From: a virus
Lineage: Duplodnaviria > Caudoviricetes
DNA length: 64,000 nucleotides
IMG/VR virus record: IMGVR_UViG_3300044738_000005
Coordinates: 1-64,000 of that record
Reading direction: 5' to 3' (one strand)
The notes beneath the pieces were generated by a model that saw nothing but the letters and a program-made list of their open reading frames with translations, made no database searches and was not told the origin of the DNA. Shown here one piece after another: positions 7,475-12,706 of the stretch. Each line of letters begins with the position of its first letter. Positions within the stretch are counted from its first letter, which is position 1. The position numbers and the translations under genes were made by a program.

Positions 7475-7550
7475 CGCCGTCTAGCCCAATCTCGGCAGAG
7501 GCACACGGTTCAGGCCCGTGACAGTCTGGGTTCGAGTCCCAGGGCGGCGA
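7475..7550 (+). tRNA. tRNA-Leu(CAG), short variable loop
   Basis: Loop TTCAGGC; A73. Confidence 0.9.
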
Positions 7551-7557
7551 CCTTCAC

Positions 7558-7628
7558 TCCCCAACCTACGGCTAGGCTCCTGGGCTCCAACCCCGGGACG
7601 GTGGGATCGACACCTACTTGGGGGGCCA
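7558..7628 (+). tRNA. tRNA-Trp(CCA), shifted D-arm
   Basis: Loop CTCCAAC; G73; CCA. Confidence 0.85.
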
Positions 7629-7634
7629 CTTCAT

Positions 7635-7722
7635 GGAGAGTGAACTCGGGGATGGCCCGAGGACCGCCTCGAAAGCGGCTCGGGGGTAACACCCAGGGGA
7701 TCGTGCCCTCCGCTCTCCGCCA
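7635..7722 (+). tRNA. tRNA-Ser(CGA), 8/4 acceptor/T branch with 6-bp D-stem
   Basis: GGAGAGTG/CGCTCTCC; T-stem GGGG/CCTC; loop CTCGAAA; G73; CCA. Confidence 0.88.
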
Positions 7723-7727
7723 CTTCT

Positions 7728-7799
7728 GCCCCTGAAGCCTAGACAGCGAGGCGTCCGTTTCGTAATCGGGAGAGCGCGGTGCGTGTCCGTGCAGGGGCT
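7728..7799 (+). tRNA. tRNA-Thr(CGU)
   Basis: Acceptor GCCCCTG/CAGGGGC; loop TTCGTAA. Confidence 0.85.
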
Positions 7800-7805
7800 C
7801 TGCTT

Positions 7806-7880
7806 CCACACCAAGCTGACATGGTTCGTAAGCGCCCGCCTGAAACGCGGGAGGCCGAGGTTCGATTCCTCGGGTGTGGG
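7806..7880 (+). tRNA. tRNA-Phe(GAA)
   Basis: Stem CCCGC/GCGGG; loop CTGAAAC. Confidence 0.92.
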
Positions 7881-7887
7881 CCTTCAT

Positions 7888-7978
7888 CCCGGGAGCAAGT
7901 AAGGCGGGCCGGGACCCGCGCGGCGCTGTAAACGCCGTCCCTCTGGGCTCGGGGTTCGACTCCTACCTCCTGGGACCA
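7888..7978 (+). tRNA. tRNA-Tyr(GUA), atypical D region and weak T-stem
   Basis: Loop CTGTAAA; long V-arm; A73; CCA; possible 8-bp acceptor. Confidence 0.82.
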
Positions 7979-7981
7979 CTT

Positions 7982-8049
7982 GTCGCGGCGGCCGAGGGCC
8001 AGGCCGGATTGCAACCCCGGCCGTGGCGGTGCGATTCCGCCCTGCGACT
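7982..8049 (+). tRNA. tRNA-Cys(GCA), short D-arm
   Basis: Loop TTGCAAC; U73; 68 nt. Confidence 0.85.
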
Positions 8050-8052
8050 CTC

Positions 8053-8121
8053 GCCCGGCGAGCCAGACGCCGCTCGCGCCTCCTAAGCGCCGTGTGCCAG
8101 GTGCAACTCCTGGGTCGGGCT
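8053..8121 (+). tRNA. tRNA-Arg(CCU), short D-arm
   Basis: Loop CTCCTAA; acceptor GCCCGGC/GTCGGGC. Confidence 0.83.
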
Positions 8122-8123
8122 TG

Positions 8124-8132
8124 TGCTACAGT
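8124..8132 (+). promoter_or_regulatory. Internal extended -10 promoter TGC-TACAGT directly before tRNA-Met
   Basis: Same 12-mer as the operon promoter; 6 nt before the tRNA 5' end. Confidence 0.65.
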
Positions 8133-8138
8133 TGCCGT

Positions 8139-8217
8139 CGCGGGTGCCCAGGATGGGGCCGGGGCCTCATAAGCCTAGGCGCGAAAGCTGAAATGGGTTC
8201 GATTCCCACACCCGCCA
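8139..8217 (+). tRNA. tRNA-Met(CAU), initiator-like acceptor, short D-arm, long variable arm
   Basis: C1:C72 mismatch; loop CTCATAA; 15-nt V region with a GAAA hairpin. Confidence 0.75.
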
Positions 8218-8220
8218 TTT

Positions 8221-8291
8221 GCTCCCTTGGTGTAGTGGTAGCACGCGGGCCTTTCACACCCGTAGTCCGGGGTCAGTACCCGGAGGGAGTG
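8221..8291 (+). tRNA. tRNA-Glu(UUC)
   Basis: Loop CTTTCAC; G73. Confidence 0.88.
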
Positions 8292-8307
8292 CCTTCAACA
8301 ACTTCAT

Positions 8308-8383
8308 GGCGCGCTGGTCTAGTGGGCTGGACGCCCGGTTCTCAGCCGGGAAGTGATGGGTTCGATCCCCTCGCGCGCTGCCA
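8308..8383 (+). tRNA. tRNA-Glu(CUC)
   Basis: Loop TTCTCAG; G73; CCA. Confidence 0.92.
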
Positions 8384-8445
8384 CTTCAACGAGGGGAGCA
8401 CCGCATGAGTGAGCTATAGCCAACCGAGAGGGGGTGAACTCACTC

Positions 8446-8637
8446 ATGCAGACCAACCTCGCGCTGCCCAAGCGCAAGAAGGAGCAGAAGGTCAAGGGCC
8501 TGCCGCCGCGCGTCGGCCGCAGGACCAACCCGCGCTCCGGCAAGATCGACAAGTACGCGCGCTACCGGCTCCGCAAGGGGCTCCCGCGCGGCCCCGGCGT
8601 GCCCGGCAACAAGTCCGGGCGCAACGCTTCGCTGTAG
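8446..8637 (+). CDS. 63-aa highly basic protein
   Basis: GAGAGGGGGTG RBS; rich in K, R, P and G. Confidence 0.65.
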   Translation: MQTNLALPKRKKEQKVKGLPPRVGRRTNPRSGKIDKYARYRLRKGLPRGPGVPGNKSGRNASL

Positions 8638-8663
8638 CAGTTGCAGTTCGCGTCGAACCCTCA

Positions 8664-8672
8664 TGCTATAGT
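8664..8672 (+). promoter_or_regulatory. Extended -10 TGC-TATAGT pointing into the convergent terminator
   Basis: Good TGn-TANNNT match. Confidence 0.5.
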
Positions 8673-8704
8673 TGAGGGTGCAGACAGCGGCATGGGGGTG
8701 CTTG

Positions 8705-9586
8705 CTAGGGGCCGTCCTTCGGGGCGGCCCCTCTGCGTTCCTCCTGCTCTTCGGCCTTGTCCATCGACTCCCACATGGTCGGAAGGCCGATCAGAGCCGC
8801 GAACAAGGCCAGCACCGAGGGCTCGTGGAGCCCGCTGATTAGGTAGGCGGCGAGGCCGGTAGTCCCGACCGTGGTAACGATCCACGATGGGTGGATCGGC
8901 CACCACGCGCCGCTCTTGTAGCGCGTCACGAGTGTCGGATCGCGCGGCATGCGGACGGTTGACGGCGACTCGTTCCACGGCTGGGCGTACTTGGCCTCGT
9001 AGGCGACTCGCTTGGCGGCGAACTCTTCGAGCGCATCAAGGTCGGCGATGCCGTACTCGTCGGCCGTCTTGCCGTAGAGAACCTGCAGGTCGGCCCACTC
9101 GCGCTGCTGCTCCGTCTGCTGCGCCTTCGCCTTAGACGCCGCCGCCCTGAGCCGGTCAGCCTCAGTCGCGCGCGTCCGCTTCTTCTCCTGCCAGCCTCGA
9201 ATGACCCCCTGGGAGGCGGGGTACTCTCGCAGCGCCCGGTCCACGAACTGCATCACGAGGTCCTTGCCGAGCCCGGTCTGCTTGCAGAAGCTCTTGACCG
9301 CGTAGTCGATGTTGGCCGCCGTCATCACCGGGGTCTCTTCGATGGAGGCGTAGCACATCCAGTCCTTGGTGGCCAGGAAGAGGCGCGGCTGCGGAGGATC
9401 GTAGGCGTTGTAGCGCGACATCGTGGTGTCCACCCACGCGCGCATGGGCGGCTCAGTGAGCTTGCGGCCGTCGAACATGGCCAGCGGCGGCGAGAGATAG
9501 CCTCCGGGCTCCGAGGTCTGCGACGGCGGCGGGCCATGCGACACGTTGTCCGGCAGGAAGAGGCTGCGAGGGGGTGCGTGGCCCAT
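8705..9586 (-). CDS. Hypothetical protein with a coiled region and two C-terminal TM segments
   Basis: TGATG coupling to the MTase; WIVTTVGTTGLAAYLISG and VLALFAALIGLP. Confidence 0.75.
   Translation of the reverse strand: MGHAPPRSLFLPDNVSHGPPPSQTSEPGGYLSPPLAMFDGRKLTEPPMRAWVDTTMSRYNAYDPPQPRLFLATKDWMCYASIEETPVMTAANIDYAVKSFCKQTGLGKDLVMQFVDRALREYPASQGVIRGWQEKKRTRATEADRLRAAASKAKAQQTEQQREWADLQVLYGKTADEYGIADLDALEEFAAKRVAYEAKYAQPWNESPSTVRMPRDPTLVTRYKSGAWWPIHPSWIVTTVGTTGLAAYLISGLHEPSVLALFAALIGLPTMWESMDKAEEQEERRGAAPKDGP
8707..8732. terminator. Hairpin at convergent transcription units
   Basis: AGGGGCCGTCC-TTCG-GGGCGGCCCCT. Confidence 0.75.
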
Positions 9587-10323
9587 CAGCCGAGCTTTCG
9601 TGCTGAGTCGAGCTTGAGCGTGCCACGCTCGCCGAGGACGGCCCCGAAGCCTTCGCCGGGCGCGTCGTATTCGTGGTGAGTGAGGTAGGAGCGCATGTAG
9701 TCGCCGACATACTCGGTGTAGGCGGGCGGGAGCGCCTCGCGTAGTTCCTCGCGCTTCATCCAGTCGATGCCCATGGCCTCGCGGGCGGCCGCGACGCCCG
9801 AGAAGTGCCCGACGACGTGCATGAACTCGCCCTTCTTGGGCGGGCGGCCCATCTTCGCCTGCGGAGCGTGGTGCTCAGGGTGCTGCGGCTGCGGCAGGCC
9901 GAAATTGGTCTCGAAGAGGCGGTGGCGGTACGTGCGCAGGCCGGGGAACATCGCTCCGCAGAGCATCACGGGGTCGTTCAGCGGAGCGCCTGGTACGTTC
10001 TCGATGACCCATGGCCGCCCGGACGCTACAAGGCGTTCTCGCGTCGGGCCGATCAGATCAGGGTGTTCCCTCGCGCGCACGCGCTGTGCCCAGGAGAACG
10101 CCTGGCAGGGGGGCGAGGCGTGGAATCCGTCGATCTTCCTGCCGTCGCCGCCCATGTCGGCCATGAGCCAGGCGTCGAGGAACGCGAGGGCGTCCATCTG
10201 GATGAACTCGTAGGGGTAGTTCTTCTGCGGGTAGAGGTCCACGCCGAGCACATCCCACCCTGCGTTCGCGTAGCCCTTCGACGCGCCGCCTGCGCCGCAG
10301 TAGAGGTCAACCAGCGTCGGCAT
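9586..10323 (-). CDS. C5 DNA cytosine methyltransferase (short phage type)
   Basis: DLYCGAGG (motif I), ASPPCQAFS (motif IV), ENV (motif VI). Confidence 0.92.
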   Translation of the reverse strand: MPTLVDLYCGAGGASKGYANAGWDVLGVDLYPQKNYPYEFIQMDALAFLDAWLMADMGGDGRKIDGFHASPPCQAFSWAQRVRAREHPDLIGPTRERLVASGRPWVIENVPGAPLNDPVMLCGAMFPGLRTYRHRLFETNFGLPQPQHPEHHAPQAKMGRPPKKGEFMHVVGHFSGVAAAREAMGIDWMKREELREALPPAYTEYVGDYMRSYLTHHEYDAPGEGFGAVLGERGTLKLDSARKLG

Positions 10324-10600
10324 CGGCGGATCGGGCCAGGAGGACGTAGTGATGGTCGCGGTACGACGAGTCCTCGCCGCACTCACAGATCAGCGAAATT
10401 GAGGGGCAAGGCTGTGAGCCCCAGCCGCCGCACCCGCAGTCGGCGGTCTTGCCGCCGTCGCACGGGACCTCACGCATGAGGACGTGCCCCTCGCCTGCCT
10501 TCGGGTTCCAGAGCAGGTCGCCGACCTCGCCGTGGTAGGAGGGCTCGCGGAAGCCCTCCCCGGCCATGTCGAATGTGACCTCAGCGCAGGTGCGGACCAT
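10307..10600 (-). CDS. Cys-rich hypothetical protein
   Basis: Coupled ORF. Confidence 0.65.
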   Translation of the reverse strand: MVRTCAEVTFDMAGEGFREPSYHGEVGDLLWNPKAGEGHVLMREVPCDGGKTADCGCGGWGSQPCPSISLICECGEDSSYRDHHYVLLARSADADAG

Positions 10601-10821
10601 CAGACCGGGTGGTGGGCGACGGCGGGCTCTTCGAGAGAGACCTCAGGCGTGTCGGCCAGATAGCCCTCCCACGCCAGGCGCGAGAGCCCGACAACGAGCA
10701 GCATCGTGTCGCGGAAGGCGTCGAACTTCGGCCCCGCGTCCGCGAGCAGCTTCGGCGGCAGGTAGAGCGGTACGCGCACCGTGAGGACGTGCGTGGGATC
10801 GCGTCGCTCGATCAGGGTCAT
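10600..10821 (-). CDS. Hypothetical protein (73 aa, MTLIERRD...)
   Basis: ATGA overlap with thyX; AGGAG RBS. Confidence 0.7.
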   Translation of the reverse strand: MTLIERRDPTHVLTVRVPLYLPPKLLADAGPKFDAFRDTMLLVVGLSRLAWEGYLADTPEVSLEEPAVAHHPV

Positions 10822-11669
10822 GCCTGCTGCTCCTGCAGGATCAGCGCGAAGTTGTCCTCGCCCCAGAACAGCTTGCGGTACTGGGTCCAGCCGACGAAGT
10901 TGCCGGAGGCCGTGTCGGCCTGCAGCGCGGGCGTAGCGACGTGCTCGAACGGAGACCAGTGGCCGCTCTTCGAGAGCCGGACGGCGCGCTCGTAGGACAC
11001 GTCCGGGTCCTCGGGCTTGCCGTGCGTCATGTAGGAGACTCGCGCGCAGCGGCCGACCGACACCATCGCGGCGTAGTCGAAGCGCCCCTGCTGCGCCCAG
11101 TCGGCGAGTTCGTCCTGCACGTCGATCAGCGGCAGGTGCATGTCGCCGAACGCGATCTCGACCGGCTGGGACTCGTCCAGCGCCTCGCGCATCAGCACGG
11201 CGATCTGCCTGATCTCCGGCGCGGCGTCCTTGTGGCAGCGCAGGGCGAAGAAGTTGCCCCACTCGGTCGCCGACACGATGACGGTGTGCCAGAGGAACGG
11301 CTCCAAGATGCGGTTCGTGTGCGACTTGTCCGCGTTGAGATCGAGCAGCAGTTCAGCGAAGTCGGCAGCTTCGTCGGCGGCCTGCCGCCAGACGACCTGC
11401 ATCCCCGTCTGCTCGTCGTCGGTCAGGTCGTCGCCCTGGCCCATGCCCTTCACGCGCCGTCCGAAGGTCGGCACCCAAGGGCTCTCACGTACCTGCTCGA
11501 TCTGCTTCTCCGGCGGGATCGCCCGCGACGACGCGGAGTTACGCGAGAGCATGCGGTGGGTGTTGAACTCGGCGAGGAACGGGCGCGGGAAGGTTGCTTC
11601 CAGCGTCGTCAGGCGAGCGCCGTCCTCGCTGATCGAGTCAGCGAGGACGCGGGCGTTGTAGCCGCTCAC
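10818..11669 (-). CDS. thyX: FAD-dependent thymidylate synthase
   Basis: THRMLSRNSASSR (HRx7SxR) and GHWSPFEH. Confidence 0.92.
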   Translation of the reverse strand: MSGYNARVLADSISEDGARLTTLEATFPRPFLAEFNTHRMLSRNSASSRAIPPEKQIEQVRESPWVPTFGRRVKGMGQGDDLTDDEQTGMQVVWRQAADEAADFAELLLDLNADKSHTNRILEPFLWHTVIVSATEWGNFFALRCHKDAAPEIRQIAVLMREALDESQPVEIAFGDMHLPLIDVQDELADWAQQGRFDYAAMVSVGRCARVSYMTHGKPEDPDVSYERAVRLSKSGHWSPFEHVATPALQADTASGNFVGWTQYRKLFWGEDNFALILQEQQA

Positions 11670-12136
11670 GAGTAGTCGATCAGATCGCCGAGGATCGTGT
11701 GCGCGGCCGCGATCATCCCGCCGAGGCGCTCGACTGTCGCCTCGTACTCCGCAACCTCGGACTCGCGTTCCAGCAGTTGCTCCTGCGTACGGCTCAGGCG
11801 TGCGCGGGACTCCTGCAGCGACTCGCTCATGCGTGCGATCTTGTCGCGTGCCTGCTCGGCCGCCTTCGGGAGCCGATGGACCCCAGGGAACGTCACGCTC
11901 TCGTGCAGGAACAGCACGTTGCCGTTCTCGTCCTTGATCGTGCTCGCGCGGTACTTGGACTCGAAGAAGCCGCTCCCAGCGGGGACCGGCAGCGAGTAGC
12001 CCTCCCCGACTGTGGTGGAGGTCTCGACGCAGGCGTACTCGGTGGTTCCGTCCTCGAAGTTGAGGCGCTTGTTGTGCTGGGGGCCGCCGATCAGCAGCGC
12101 CCGCACGGTGTAGTCGTCACGGGTGTCAGTGGGCAT
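11666..12136 (-). CDS. Hypothetical protein with a C-terminal coiled coil
   Basis: AAAGGACCCCC RBS; heptad pattern. Confidence 0.75.
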   Translation of the reverse strand: MPTDTRDDYTVRALLIGGPQHNKRLNFEDGTTEYACVETSTTVGEGYSLPVPAGSGFFESKYRASTIKDENGNVLFLHESVTFPGVHRLPKAAEQARDKIARMSESLQESRARLSRTQEQLLERESEVAEYEATVERLGGMIAAAHTILGDLIDYS

Positions 12137-12488
12137 GGGAGGGGGTCCTTTCCTTGCTGGTTCCAGGGCGATCCTGCTTGAAGGCGTTGGGGCACAGCTT
12201 CCAGAGCTTCCGGCGCTCGCGTTGCAGGAGCGCGCTGGCCTCCTTGGTGCGCTCGATCATGGCGAGGACCTCCGGCGTCTGCGGGCCGAAGGGCGCAGCG
12301 CCGAGGTAGGAGCGCAGGGGAACCATCGCGCGACGCAGGCGCGCTACGGCGATGGAGCAGTCCGTGTGACGCTGCCGGGAGCCGGGCTCGGTGCGCCACT
12401 TGTGATAGGCGCGCGTGTTGCGTGCGAACTCGGCCGCCTTCCGGGCTTCGTCCAACTGCTGCTTGGTGGGCGGCTTGATCTGGGCCAT
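12126..12488 (-). CDS. Basic hypothetical protein, first gene of the leftward operon
   Basis: Leaderless promoter. Confidence 0.75.
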   Translation of the reverse strand: MAQIKPPTKQQLDEARKAAEFARNTRAYHKWRTEPGSRQRHTDCSIAVARLRRAMVPLRSYLGAAPFGPQTPEVLAMIERTKEASALLQRERRKLWKLCPNAFKQDRPGTSKERTPSHAH

Positions 12489-12495
12489 GCAGGGA

Positions 12496-12504
12496 ATTGT
12501 ACCA
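12496..12504 (-). promoter_or_regulatory. Extended -10 TGG-TACAAT, leaderless
   Basis: 7 nt before ATG 12488. Confidence 0.75.
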
Positions 12505-12525
12505 CACGCAAATAAGCCAACCCAT

Positions 12526-12646
12526 CTGTTCTGCCGGCAGTCAAGTGGTACGAATGTACTTTCAGATTTGGCTCTACAGCGTGGCTGCGAGCACCTTACT
12601 TTCCTGGCCCCTATAGAGGGGGCCAGGTAAGGTGGCTCGCTGCCCC
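12526..12646 (+). repeat. ~121-bp dispersed inverted repeat, left copy
   Basis: Matches the reverse complement of 57274-57395 with 4 substitutions and 1 indel; internal hairpin CCTGGCCCC-TATAGAG-GGGGCCAGG. Confidence 0.97.
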
Positions 12647-12694
12647 CGGAGGTCAGGTGCGGAGGATTCGTTCCAGCGGTGTCGGGCGGGGGCT

Positions 12695-12700
12695 TACGCT
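12695..12700 (+). promoter_or_regulatory. -10 TACGCT, leaderless portal promoter
   Basis: 6 nt before ATG 12707. Confidence 0.6.
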
Positions 12701-12706
12701 GTGTCC

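Noticed and set aside
6127-8408. ORFs across the tRNA array
   Set aside because: The region is fully tiled by tRNA cloverleaves.
12487-12630. The inverted repeat as a duplicated peptide gene (LFCRQSSGTNVLSD...PIEGAR; 57291-57401 in the right copy, ATGA-coupled)
   Set aside because: It uses rare codons (ATA, AGG, CTA, TCA), conservation extends past the stop, and only 2 of 4 substitutions are synonymous. Kept as a weak alternative that Ribo-seq could test.
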